Part shown: positions 31,901-41,646 of the stretch, piece after piece
Numbering within the stretch: the stretch's first letter is position 1
Layout: the number at the start of each line of letters is the position of its first letter
Assembly: GCA_963840455.1 (NCBI GenBank)
Contig: CAWIYV010000014.1
Coordinates: 384,001-448,000, forward strand
Direction of reading: 5' to 3'
Length of the DNA: 64,000 nt
Source: Nitrospirota bacterium
GTDB taxonomy: Bacteria; Nitrospirota; UBA9217
Program-made: the position numbers and the translations under genes
The notes under the pieces: model-generated
Told to the model about the DNA's origin: nothing
The model's database searches: none
What the model saw: only the letters and a program-made list of their open reading frames with translations

Positions 31901-32584
31901 GTGAACGTGCTCATCGTCAAGAATGTTGCCGCCGAAGGCCCCGGCACCATTGAGGACCATCTCCGAGCTGCGAACATCCCTTTTACCCTCATCGACCTCG
32001 AACAGGGTCAAACCCTTCCGGACCTTCAGACCTATTCTCACCTTGTCATCATGGGCGGTCCCATGGCGGTCTACGAGATGGACCGCACCTCCTATCTCCG
32101 GGGCGAGGCCCGTCTCATCGAGAAAGCGATCAACGCGAACAAACACGTCCTCGGTGTCTGCCTCGGCGCCCAGATGCTTGCCCACGTCCTCGGTGCCCGG
32201 GTCTATCCGGGCCACACAAAGGAGATCGGCTGGTACGAGGTGACGCTTACGGAAGAGGGGATGCATGATTCCTGCATGGCGGCGCTCGCTGTACCCGGCA
32301 GACGTGCAGCACAGGTCTTCCAGTGGCATGGCGACACCTTCGATCTGCCTGAGGGAGCAGCACGACTGGCGTCATCAGAACTCTATCCGAACCAGGCGTT
32401 CCGCTATGGCGACCGGGTCTACGCACTTCAGTTCCATATCGAGGTCACACCGGGCATCGTCCACGGGTGGCTCAAGAACGAGAAGGGAATAGACTTTCCG
32501 TTGATCGACACCCGGTCAAAAGAGATCTACGGACCCTATCTCGCAAGGGCGGGAGGATTTTACCGGCGGTTCTTTGGAAGGTGA
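31901..32584 (+). CDS. Type 1 glutamine amidotransferase (GMP synthase-like GATase)
   Basis: MGGPM, GVCLGAQ, QWHGDTF, QFHIE triad motifs. Confidence 0.9.
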   Translation: MNVLIVKNVAAEGPGTIEDHLRAANIPFTLIDLEQGQTLPDLQTYSHLVIMGGPMAVYEMDRTSYLRGEARLIEKAINANKHVLGVCLGAQMLAHVLGARVYPGHTKEIGWYEVTLTEEGMHDSCMAALAVPGRRAAQVFQWHGDTFDLPEGAARLASSELYPNQAFRYGDRVYALQFHIEVTPGIVHGWLKNEKGIDFPLIDTRSKEIYGPYLARAGGFYRRFFGR

Positions 32585-32631
32585 GGGAGGGGAAAACCGC
32601 CGTTTTTCCGCGAAGTTCCGTTCCAAAAGAA

Positions 32632-32660
32632 TTGACAATACCGAAGCATAAGAGTATAAT
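32632..32660 (+). promoter_or_regulatory. Consensus sigma70 promoter of the gsp operon
   Basis: TTGACA-17-TATAAT upstream of gspC. Confidence 0.75.
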
Positions 32661-32677
32661 TTTTTAGGTGCATTATA

Positions 32678-33511
32678 ATGAAGGAAAAAAGCAAAACATA
32701 TGTCCTTACGTTGATCGCGCTTCTTACCCTGTCGGCCTATCTTCTGGCCGATACCGTCGATGCCATGATCGGCAGGAGCCTTGACGCATCCGCGAAGGTT
32801 TCGAGGCCCATGGACCAGGAGCGGTCAGTGATCGAGCCCCGCAGGGAGCTGTCCGACTATTCTTCGATCCTGGAACGCGGGCTCTTCGGAGAGGGCAAAG
32901 GCCCCTCCGCCGGTCCCGCGGCCGCAGAATCCTACTCTTCCTATACGCTCATCGGCACTATCGAGGGCGAGAGCTTTTCCGGGGCCGTGCTCGCCGATGC
33001 CACGAACCAGCAGGCCTTCTATCGCCGTGACCAGAAGCTTCCTGACGGTTCGATGATCGTGAAGGTGAAGCACGACCGGGTGACCCTCAAGAGGTCTGAC
33101 GGGTCGACCGTCGAGCTCCAGACCGTCGACGACACGAAGATCGTGAACGTCGCGAAGGCGGTCCCGGGTAGCGGCGTCAGGAAGGTCGGCGAAGGCAGGT
33201 TCATGGTGGACCAGCGGGAGATAACGTCCAGCACCGAGAATCTGAACCAGGTCCTCACACAGGCCCGCGCCCTCCCCTATATGGAAGCAGGCAAGACCGT
33301 TGGTTTCCGCATCAGTGAGATCGTACCGGGCAGCATCTATGAGAAGATCGGGCTCCTGAACGGCGACGTGGTCCAGCGGGTGAACTCGCAGGACGTCGAC
33401 GATCCGGGCAAGTTCTTCCAGCTCTACCAGGGGCTGAAGGACGAGAAGCGCATCTCCATCGACCTTCTCAGGAACGGCCAGCGGCAGTCCCTCAATTACG
33501 ACGTCCGGTAG
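32678..33511 (+). CDS. gspC: T2SS protein GspC (with PDZ domain)
   Basis: N-terminal TM, LIGTI HR domain, PDZ GSIYEKIGLLNGDVV; first gene of the gsp cluster. Confidence 0.88.
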   Translation: MKEKSKTYVLTLIALLTLSAYLLADTVDAMIGRSLDASAKVSRPMDQERSVIEPRRELSDYSSILERGLFGEGKGPSAGPAAAESYSSYTLIGTIEGESFSGAVLADATNQQAFYRRDQKLPDGSMIVKVKHDRVTLKRSDGSTVELQTVDDTKIVNVAKAVPGSGVRKVGEGRFMVDQREITSSTENLNQVLTQARALPYMEAGKTVGFRISEIVPGSIYEKIGLLNGDVVQRVNSQDVDDPGKFFQLYQGLKDEKRISIDLLRNGQRQSLNYDVR

Positions 33512-33619
33512 CACCGATCATGTAACCACTGGGTCGCCGGGGCACAGAGACATCCTTCCGATCATGCTCTCCGTGCCGCAGCCTCTCCGTGGTTCAATTA
33601 TTCCTGGAGGTCCTCCCAC

Positions 33620-35632
33620 GTGAAAAGAATCACGGCCCTGCTCCTCGCAGGGCTTCTTAGTATCGGCCCGGCCTTTGCCCAGACCGGCGCCCCGCCTGCG
33701 AAGGAGCGGCAGGAGTTTCCGAAGATCAGCAAGGCGGGGGACGACTACATCACCCTCAACTTTTCGAACATCGACATCGCCGCGCTCGTGAAGGTCATGA
33801 GCGAGTTAACGCGCAAGAACTTCATCCTCGACGAGAAGGTCACCGGCAAGGTGACGCTCATGACTCCCACCAAGATCTCTCCGGGAGAGGCATACCAGGT
33901 ATTTCTTTCGGCGCTGGAGATCAAGGGCTTCACCGCCGTGGAGGACGGCAGGATCATCCGCATCGTCCCCACGGCGACGGTCAGGCAGAGCGGCCTCAGG
34001 GTGATGGAGGATGGTGACATGCAGGGTGAGGGCTATGTCACCAAGCTCATCCGCATGAACTACGTGAACCCCCAGGAGATCGTCCGGACGCTTACGCCGC
34101 TCATCACCAAGGACGGCAATCTCATCGCTTATCCCGCCACGAACTCCCTCATCATCACCGACTCCGTATCCGCCATCCGGAAGATCGAGAGGCTGGTCGC
34201 GGCCCTGGACGTCCCGACGCCCACGGGGAAGGGCAAGATCAACGTGTATTATCTCAAGCACGCGAGTTCCGAGGACATCGCCAAGGTCATGCAGGCGCTG
34301 GTGTCGAGGCTCCCGGTCCCGCCGGCGGGCGGCCAGGCCCAACCCGTTGGCCCGGCCACCATCCTCGAGGGAGCGGTCACTATCACCGCGGACAAGCTTA
34401 CCAACTCTCTTATCATCGTTGCCTCGCCCATCGACTACGAGACCATGAAGGACGTTATCCAGAAGCTCGACATCCGGCGGCGGCAGGTGTACGTTGAGGC
34501 GGCCATCATCGAGATGGGGCTGACCAAGTCTCGGGAACTGGGATTTGAGTTCCAGGCGGCCAACCTCGATAAGCTGGGGAACAACCAGACCATGGTCATC
34601 GGCGGGACCAACTTCGGGGGTATCGGCCAGGCGACCTTGAACGGCCCCGCCGCGTTTGCCAATTTCACCGGCCTCGCCGTCGGGGCGGTGAAAGGGACCT
34701 TTACCTACAATGGGACGGAGTTCCTGAACATCGGGGCCCTGCTCCGCGCGCTCCAGTCGGATTCGGAAGTGAACGTACTGTCCACACCCAACATCCTGAC
34801 GAGCGACAACCAGAAAGCCGAGATCATGGTGGGCCAGAACGTACCGTTTACCACCGGTCAGACGCAGAACGCGACAACCGGCAGCGGGAGCATATTCAAT
34901 ACCGTCGAGCGAAAGGACGTAGGCATCAAACTAACGATCACGCCGCAGATATCCTCTGATGATAGCATCCGGCTTGATGTCAACCAGGAGATCTCCGACG
35001 TTGTCCCGGCCTCCTACCTGAATCCCAGCGGCCTCGTCACCAATAAACGGTCGGCGATCACTACCGTCGTGGTAAAGGACCGCGAGACCATGGTCATCGG
35101 CGGTTTGATCAGGGACAATCTGAATACATCGGAGACCAAGGTGCCTTTCCTCGGAGACATCCCGCTCCTCGGCTGGCTCTTCAAGTACAAGACCACGAAG
35201 ATCGAAAAGGTCAACCTCATGCTCTTTGTTACGCCCTATATCATCAAGAACGACGAGGATGCGCAGGACATCACGCGCCGCAAGGGTGATGCCCTTGAGA
35301 AGTTCCGCGATGAGCACCGCATCGAGAAGAAGAACGTGGGCAACCTCATCGAAACCCGCAAGCCCGCCGCACCAGGGAATCGTCCTGAATCGGGCGGAAC
35401 GGACGTTCAGCCCGAAGGAAAGGATGAGTCCACGGGGGCAGGTGCCGTGGGCGCCCCGATGCCTGCGAACGAACTCGGTACGGAGCCGTCGGTCCCCATG
35501 ACGGCCCCCACGTCCACGGGGGCAGGTGCCGTGGGTGCCCCGATGCCTGCGAACGAACTCGGTACGGAGCCGTCGGTCCCCGCGACGGCCCCCACGTCCA
35601 CCGGCACGGACCCCGCGGAGGGACCGAGGTGA
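33620..35632 (+). CDS. gspD: T2SS secretin GspD
   Basis: N domains, QVYVEAAIIE, VLSTPNILT, KVPFLGDIPLLGWLF. Confidence 0.95.
   Translation: MKRITALLLAGLLSIGPAFAQTGAPPAKERQEFPKISKAGDDYITLNFSNIDIAALVKVMSELTRKNFILDEKVTGKVTLMTPTKISPGEAYQVFLSALEIKGFTAVEDGRIIRIVPTATVRQSGLRVMEDGDMQGEGYVTKLIRMNYVNPQEIVRTLTPLITKDGNLIAYPATNSLIITDSVSAIRKIERLVAALDVPTPTGKGKINVYYLKHASSEDIAKVMQALVSRLPVPPAGGQAQPVGPATILEGAVTITADKLTNSLIIVASPIDYETMKDVIQKLDIRRRQVYVEAAIIEMGLTKSRELGFEFQAANLDKLGNNQTMVIGGTNFGGIGQATLNGPAAFANFTGLAVGAVKGTFTYNGTEFLNIGALLRALQSDSEVNVLSTPNILTSDNQKAEIMVGQNVPFTTGQTQNATTGSGSIFNTVERKDVGIKLTITPQISSDDSIRLDVNQEISDVVPASYLNPSGLVTNKRSAITTVVVKDRETMVIGGLIRDNLNTSETKVPFLGDIPLLGWLFKYKTTKIEKVNLMLFVTPYIIKNDEDAQDITRRKGDALEKFRDEHRIEKKNVGNLIETRKPAAPGNRPESGGTDVQPEGKDESTGAGAVGAPMPANELGTEPSVPMTAPTSTGAGAVGAPMPANELGTEPSVPATAPTSTGTDPAEGPR
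35428..35601 (+). repeat. 84-bp tandem duplication in the gspD tail
   Basis: STGAGAVGAPMPANELGTEPSVP(M/A)TAPT twice. Confidence 0.95.
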
Positions 35633-37317
35633 GACGCCTGCTCGGCGAGATACTCGTTGAGTCAGGACTTTCCCCCGAACGGCTCAAGAAGGCCCTCGAC
35701 CTCCAGAAGAAACGGGGCGGCCGCATCGGCACGCTCCTGATACGGCTGAACTTCGCGACCGAGGCCGAGGTGCTCACGGCCCTCGGCGCCCAGCTTGGTC
35801 TCAGCTTCCGGCCGGAGCTCGGCGAAATCGACCGCGAACTGGCCCTGAAGCTCCCCATCACGTACGCCAAGAAGTCCGTCGTCATCCCCCTCAAGAAAGA
35901 GAACGGCACGGTCATCGCTGCCACGTCTGAACCGCTCCTGCTCACGACCGTAGACGACCTTGCCGTGCTGTTCGGCGCCGGCATCGAGCTCTGCATCGCC
36001 CCGTCGGAGCTCATCCTGGACAACCTGAACCGCCTGCACAGCGAGGACCTGAACAAGGCCGAGGACACCGCCCAGGAGATGGAGGAAGAGGACCTGTCAT
36101 TCCTCGCCGCCGAGCTCGAGGAGCCGACGGACCTGCTCGAGGCCACCGACGACGCTCCCATCATCCGGCTGGTGAACTCCCTCCTGTCCCAGGCCATCCG
36201 TGAACGTTCCAGTGACATCCACATCGAACCGTTCGAGAAGGAGGTCGTGGCGCGATTCCGCATCGACGGCATCCTCTACAACATCCTGACCATCCAGAAG
36301 CGCTTCCAGGCCAGCATCGCCTCGCGCGTCAAGATCATGTCGGGCCTGAACATCGCCGAAAAAAGGCTGCCCCAGGACGGCGGCATGCGGATCAAGATCG
36401 GCGGCAAGGACGTTGACATCCGCGTCTCCATCGTGCCCACGGCCTTCGGCGAGCGCATCGTGCTGCGCCTGCTCTACCGTGAGAGCGCGCTCCTGCCGCT
36501 TGAGCAGATCGGGTTCTCCGGAGAAAATCTCACTCACTTTAATGAGCTGATCACGCGGCCGCACGGGATCATTCTCGTGACGGGGCCGACGGGAAGCGGC
36601 AAGACCACAACGCTGTACGCGTCGCTCTCGAAGATAAATTCGCCGGACAAGAACATTATCACCATCGAGGACCCGATCGAGTATCAGCTCAAGGGCATCG
36701 GCCAGATACAGGTGAACGCCAAGATCCAGCTGACCTTCGCGGCCGGGCTCCGGTCGGTGCTGCGTCAGGACCCGGATGTGATCCTCGTGGGCGAGATCCG
36801 CGATGCGGAGACCGCCGAGATCGCGATCCAGGCGGCGCTCACCGGCCACCTCGTTTTCTCCACGCTCCATACGAACGATGCGGCCGGCGCCGTGACGAGA
36901 TTGATCGACATGAAGATCGAACCCTTCCTGATCTCGTCCTCGGTGATGGCGATCCTGGCCCAGCGCCTTGTGCGCGTGCTGTGCAAGGAGTGCCGCGAAC
37001 CGTATCAAATGACTCCCGCCGAGATCACGGAGCTCGAGATAAAGGGCGGGGCCGCGGGGGCCACCGTGTACCGGGCCAAGGGATGTGCCACCTGTTTCAA
37101 TACGGGTTACCTCGGGCGCAAGGCGATCTACGAACTGCTGCTTATCGATGACGAGATCCGCCAGCTCATCATGAAAAACACCGACTCTGCCACCCTCAAG
37201 GCCGTGGCCATGCAGAAGGGCATGCGTACGCTCCGCCAGGACGGCGCGGACAACATTCTCCAGGGCATAACGTCCGTCGACGAGGTCGTGCGGGTGACGC
37301 AGAAGGAAACGCAGTAG
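35629..37317 (+). CDS. gspE: T2SS ATPase GspE
   Basis: DAPIIRLVN, SSDIHIEP, GPTGSGKTTT, RQDPD. Confidence 0.95.
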   Translation: MRRLLGEILVESGLSPERLKKALDLQKKRGGRIGTLLIRLNFATEAEVLTALGAQLGLSFRPELGEIDRELALKLPITYAKKSVVIPLKKENGTVIAATSEPLLLTTVDDLAVLFGAGIELCIAPSELILDNLNRLHSEDLNKAEDTAQEMEEEDLSFLAAELEEPTDLLEATDDAPIIRLVNSLLSQAIRERSSDIHIEPFEKEVVARFRIDGILYNILTIQKRFQASIASRVKIMSGLNIAEKRLPQDGGMRIKIGGKDVDIRVSIVPTAFGERIVLRLLYRESALLPLEQIGFSGENLTHFNELITRPHGIILVTGPTGSGKTTTLYASLSKINSPDKNIITIEDPIEYQLKGIGQIQVNAKIQLTFAAGLRSVLRQDPDVILVGEIRDAETAEIAIQAALTGHLVFSTLHTNDAAGAVTRLIDMKIEPFLISSSVMAILAQRLVRVLCKECREPYQMTPAEITELEIKGGAAGATVYRAKGCATCFNTGYLGRKAIYELLLIDDEIRQLIMKNTDSATLKAVAMQKGMRTLRQDGADNILQGITSVDEVVRVTQKETQ

Positions 37318-37408
37318 CCAGGAGACAGAAATCAGGAGTCAGAAGATCTGCACGTTGACCTTTTCCTTTCTCCTGGCTCCTGTATTCCGGCTCCAGATTA
37401 TTTAACCC

Positions 37409-38629
37409 ATGCCCGTCTACGATTATAAAGGCGTCAATGCCAACGGCAAGAGCATCTCCGGAGTACTCGACGGGGAGAGCCTGAAGGCCGTAAAGTCGAG
37501 GCTCAAGAAGGACGGCATCATCGTCCTTGAGGTCCATGAGGGCGGAGCGCTGCGCGCCGCCGGGCGACCGCGGGAGTTCAAGTTGGGCGCCGGACGGGTG
37601 CGGCTTGGAGACCTTGCGAATGCAACCCGTCAGCTTGCAACACTGCTCTCCTCCGGCATGCCGCTCATGGACTCCCTGACCGTTCTCGTTGAGCAGGAAG
37701 AGACCCAGGCCTTGAAATCGGCGCTTTCGTCGGTGCGGGATGCGGTCCGGGAAGGCGCGTCGCTGGCGGACGCGCTCAAGGCGAAGCCGAAGGCCTTTTC
37801 GCAGCTCTACGTCAACATGGTCTCCGCCGGCGAGGCGAGCGGCACCCTTGAGATCACCCTTGACCGCCTCGCGGATTTTCTCGATGAGCAGGTCAGATTC
37901 CGTGGCAAGTTCGCTGCGGCCCTTGCGTACCCGGCGATCATGACGTTGGTCGGCGTCGGCGTGCTCTTTTTCCTTTTCAGCTTCGTGCTGCCGCGCGTGG
38001 TCGGAATGTTCGAGGACATGAAACAGCAGCTGCCCTTCATGACCCTTGCGCTCCTCTGGCTCGTGCGGATCGTATCCTCGGCGTGGTGGGCGATCCTCAT
38101 CGCCATGGGAGGGGCCGCCTATTATCTCCGGCGCTACTTCGCGACGGCCGAGGGCAAGGCGTGGCTCGATGCGCGCATCCTGCGGCTCCCGGTGTTCGGC
38201 AACCTCATCAAGATGATCGCCGTATCGCGATTCACGCGCACGCTCGGTACGCTCCTCCAAAGTGGAGTGCCGACGCTTATGGCGCTCGATATCGTAAAAA
38301 GCGTGGTCGGGAATACCGTGCTCGCCGACGCCATCCACAAGGCGCGGGAGAACGTGCGGGAGGGTGAGTCGATCGCCGACCCGCTGAGAAGAAGCGGCCT
38401 GTTCCCCCCCGTCGTGATCCAGATGGTCGCGGTGGGGGAAAAGAGCGGCGAACTCGAAAAGATGCTGCTCAAGATCTCCGATTCCTTCGACCGCACCGTG
38501 GAAACGCGCATCACGGCGCTTATGTCGCTGCTTGAGCCGATCATCATTCTCGTGATGGGGTTGATCGTCGGGTTCATCGTCATTGCGATCATGCTGCCGA
38601 TCCTCCAGATGAGCTCAGGCGTGAGGTGA
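37409..38629 (+). CDS. gspF: T2SS inner membrane protein GspF
   Basis: RQLATLLSSG, AGEASG, ALAYP, VGEKSGEL, LLEP. Confidence 0.95.
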   Translation: MPVYDYKGVNANGKSISGVLDGESLKAVKSRLKKDGIIVLEVHEGGALRAAGRPREFKLGAGRVRLGDLANATRQLATLLSSGMPLMDSLTVLVEQEETQALKSALSSVRDAVREGASLADALKAKPKAFSQLYVNMVSAGEASGTLEITLDRLADFLDEQVRFRGKFAAALAYPAIMTLVGVGVLFFLFSFVLPRVVGMFEDMKQQLPFMTLALLWLVRIVSSAWWAILIAMGGAAYYLRRYFATAEGKAWLDARILRLPVFGNLIKMIAVSRFTRTLGTLLQSGVPTLMALDIVKSVVGNTVLADAIHKARENVREGESIADPLRRSGLFPPVVIQMVAVGEKSGELEKMLLKISDSFDRTVETRITALMSLLEPIIILVMGLIVGFIVIAIMLPILQMSSGVR

Positions 38630-38703
38630 AGCAATTGCGGATTTCGGATTGCGGAACGCGGATTGAAATAGCATCGAGTGAAATCCTATTAAGGAGATTG
38701 CAC

Positions 38704-39138
38704 ATGAAGAACCAAAAAGGCTTTACCCTTATTGAGATCATGGTTGTGGTCATTATTCTCGGCCTGCTCGCCGGGCTGGTGCTGCCCAGGATCCTGGGAC
38801 AGGAGGAAAAGGCGAAGTTCGAGGCTGCAAAGGTGCAGATCCGATCGCTGGAGAGCGCATTGGATGCCTTCAAGCTTGACAACGGTTTTTATCCGGCTAC
38901 CGACCAGGGGCTCGATGCGCTCATCAAGAAGCCGGAAGCCGGCCGCATCCCGAACAAATGGCGCGAAGGCGGCTACCTGAAGCCTGCGCGAATCCCCAAG
39001 GACCCCTGGGGCAAAGATTTTGTTTATTTTTCTCCGGGCAGCGAGGGGAGGGAATACGAGATCATCTCCTACGGCGCGGACAACGAGCCGGGCGGCGAGG
39101 GGAATAACGCCGACATCCAGAGCTGGAAGATGGAGTAA
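38704..39138 (+). CDS. gspG: Major pseudopilin GspG
   Basis: GFTLIEIMVV, YPATDQGLDAL, PKDPWG, SYGAD; AAGGAG RBS. Confidence 0.95.
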   Translation: MKNQKGFTLIEIMVVVIILGLLAGLVLPRILGQEEKAKFEAAKVQIRSLESALDAFKLDNGFYPATDQGLDALIKKPEAGRIPNKWREGGYLKPARIPKDPWGKDFVYFSPGSEGREYEIISYGADNEPGGEGNNADIQSWKME

Positions 39139-39142
39139 GGCC

Positions 39143-39727
39143 ATGCGGGCCGCATGTCCATTGCGGATTGCGAATCGCGGATTGCGGAGTAAAAGAAAAA
39201 AACAAAATCTGCATTCCGCATTTCGCGATTCGCGGGCGAAAGGCTTTACTCTCATCGAGCTCGCGGTCGTCGTCGCGATACTCGGGGTCATGATCGCGCT
39301 TGTCGCCCCGAAGCTTGGAGAGCTCGGCGAAGCCAACCTGAAACGGAGCGCCAGGCACCTGACAGGGATGATCCGTTTCCTGCATGAGGAGTCCCAGGCG
39401 AAAAAGATGGAATACCGTCTCCGGTTCGATATCCAGGACGGACGCTACTGGGCTGAATCGTTTAAGCTTATTTCGGAAAGTGCAGGCGAGTTCCAAAAGG
39501 CGACGTCGGTCATCGCAGGAGAAGGAAGTCTTTTTGGACAAACCACGTTCCGCGATATCAAGGCAGGCAGCCACCCCGAAGAACCCTATATCCTGTTCAC
39601 TCCGGATGGTTGGGTGGAAGCTACGATCATCCATCTCCGCGACGGCAGTGACCGGGATTTTTCCCTGCTCGTGAAGCCGCTCACCGCGAATACTGAACTC
39701 CGCGAAGGCTATGTGGAGGAAAGATGA
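39143..39727 (+). CDS. gspH: Minor pseudopilin GspH
   Basis: GFTLIEL prepilin site, FTPDG motif; long repeat-derived leader. Confidence 0.8.
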   Translation: MRAACPLRIANRGLRSKRKKQNLHSAFRDSRAKGFTLIELAVVVAILGVMIALVAPKLGELGEANLKRSARHLTGMIRFLHEESQAKKMEYRLRFDIQDGRYWAESFKLISESAGEFQKATSVIAGEGSLFGQTTFRDIKAGSHPEEPYILFTPDGWVEATIIHLRDGSDRDFSLLVKPLTANTELREGYVEER

Positions 39728-40134
39728 CGGACACGGGGACACGGGGACACGGAGACGCGGGGAAGCACTTCAACGGTTTTACCCTGCTCGAGGTCATGGT
39801 CGCAGTGGCCATCCTGGGCATGGTGCTGGTATCGCTGATCGGATTGAAGAACAGGAGCATGCAGGATGTAGCGCTCGCGGACCACATCACGACGGCGACG
39901 CTGCTGGCAAAGCGCAAGATGAATGAGAACCTTGTGACCGCCGGCACCAGAACGGTCTTTCAGAAAGAGGACGAAGGGGAGTTCCCCGAAGAGGAGTTCA
40001 AAGAGTACACGTGGAAGGAATCGATCTCACAGCTGCAGCCGGTGGAAAACGTCAAGATCACTGAAGTGCGGGTAGCAGTACTCTGGAAGGAAGGCGAACG
40101 GCAGGAGATGGTGGAGCTGAAGAGCTATGAGTAA
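39724..40134 (+). CDS. gspI: Minor pseudopilin GspI
   Basis: GFTLLEVMVAVAIL; position in cluster. Confidence 0.85.
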   Translation: MTDTGTRGHGDAGKHFNGFTLLEVMVAVAILGMVLVSLIGLKNRSMQDVALADHITTATLLAKRKMNENLVTAGTRTVFQKEDEGEFPEEEFKEYTWKESISQLQPVENVKITEVRVAVLWKEGERQEMVELKSYE

Positions 40135-40777
40135 CGCCACTCCACGATCGAGCGGTTTTACCCTTCTCGAAGTGCTTCTCGCCATGGCGATTCTTGCCGT
40201 GATCATGACTGTGGTCTACGCTAGCTTCTCCACGGCGGGAAAGAATGTTGAACAGGCGGAGGCGATCCGGGACGAGAACGATATTGCGCGAATTTTAATG
40301 GCCCGGCTTTCGGATGATATCGCAAATGCATATATTTACCCAAGCACGAATCCGCAGGCAAGCCTGACGATCTTCTATGGGAAGATGGAGGAGGTCGAGG
40401 GTGGACCCGGGAATGAGAAGATCAGGCATGACAGTATTTCTTTTACCACATTGACGCACTGGCGGAAACCCGGATCCAAAGAGACCGAGCTCTGGGAAGT
40501 AGGATACTTCTTTAAAGAGAAACCGGACGGCAAGGGATCTGTTCTCTTCAGGAGGGAAAAGCGGGAGCTCAGCAAGGAAGTGCCGGCGCTCGAAGGAGGA
40601 GACGAGTACGAGATCACGGACCGGGTGGAGAGCCTGCAGTTTCGCTACAAACAGGGGGCCCAGAGCCCCTGGAAAGATTCATGGGATACGAAGAGTGCTT
40701 TGCCGTTGCTCGTTGAGATCGCACTTACCCTTGATACCGGCAAGCTGTATATCACGCAGGTGGCTATAGGTCAGTGA
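40127..40777 (+). CDS. gspJ: Minor pseudopilin GspJ
   Basis: GFTLLEVLLAMAIL; W.DSWD..LP..VEI C-terminus. Confidence 0.85.
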   Translation: MSNATPRSSGFTLLEVLLAMAILAVIMTVVYASFSTAGKNVEQAEAIRDENDIARILMARLSDDIANAYIYPSTNPQASLTIFYGKMEEVEGGPGNEKIRHDSISFTTLTHWRKPGSKETELWEVGYFFKEKPDGKGSVLFRREKRELSKEVPALEGGDEYEITDRVESLQFRYKQGAQSPWKDSWDTKSALPLLVEIALTLDTGKLYITQVAIGQ

Positions 40778-41646
40778 TGACGTTTCCCGAACAAGAGAAA
40801 ATCCTGAGATCGCAGAGAAGGCGGAACGATCGAGGTGTAGCGCTGCTGATCGTGCTCCTGGTGACAGCGCTTTTGATCGCGCTCATCTTCGAATTCTCCT
40901 ATGCGACGCGGATTAGCCTGAACAACGCGATCAATTTTCGCGACAGCCAGCGAGCGTATTTTCTCGCCCGTTCCGGAATATTTGCGTTTATCAAATATGG
41001 GAAGCTGCTTCGAGATATCATTCCTCAGGGCGAATGGGGTGTTGTTCCGATGATCAGTGACGGCGACACCGAGGTCAGGGTGAAATGGGAGGATGAATCC
41101 GGGAAGATCAAGATCAATGATATAAGAAACGATACTGTAACGCTCATGGTTGTCAAAGCACTCTTTGAGAACGTTAAAGGCATCGATACCACCGTCGTTG
41201 ACAGGATCTATGATCCGCAAAGCAATATCGGCAGCCTCGCCTTATTGTCAGGCCTCCATCAGTATATGAGCGACGAAGATTTTAATAAGGTATATGAGAG
41301 TTTAACCGTGGCATCAGTGAGCCAAAATAAAGTTACTATCAACATAAACACTGCTTCAGCCGATGTCCTTCGAAGTCTTGGGATAAATGACCTGGATGTG
41401 AAAAGGATCATGACGGAGAGACAGGCGACACCATATATCGATGCCGATCGCGCGAGCACCGGAACCGGGCGATTATCGTCGATTATCGGAAACATACAGA
41501 TCAATAGACAATATCTGTCGAATTTCTTAACGACGAGTTCAAGTGAATACTACAAGGTATTCGCCTATGCCACGGTCGGTGGCTATACGAAGCAGATAGA
41601 GGCCATTGTCAGAGGAAATACCTTCTCCTACTGGAGAGCATTGTGA
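40774..41646 (+). CDS. gspK: Minor pseudopilin GspK
   Basis: RGVALLIVL, DESGKIKIN, ININTAS. Confidence 0.85.
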   Translation: MMTFPEQEKILRSQRRRNDRGVALLIVLLVTALLIALIFEFSYATRISLNNAINFRDSQRAYFLARSGIFAFIKYGKLLRDIIPQGEWGVVPMISDGDTEVRVKWEDESGKIKINDIRNDTVTLMVVKALFENVKGIDTTVVDRIYDPQSNIGSLALLSGLHQYMSDEDFNKVYESLTVASVSQNKVTININTASADVLRSLGINDLDVKRIMTERQATPYIDADRASTGTGRLSSIIGNIQINRQYLSNFLTTSSSEYYKVFAYATVGGYTKQIEAIVRGNTFSYWRAL

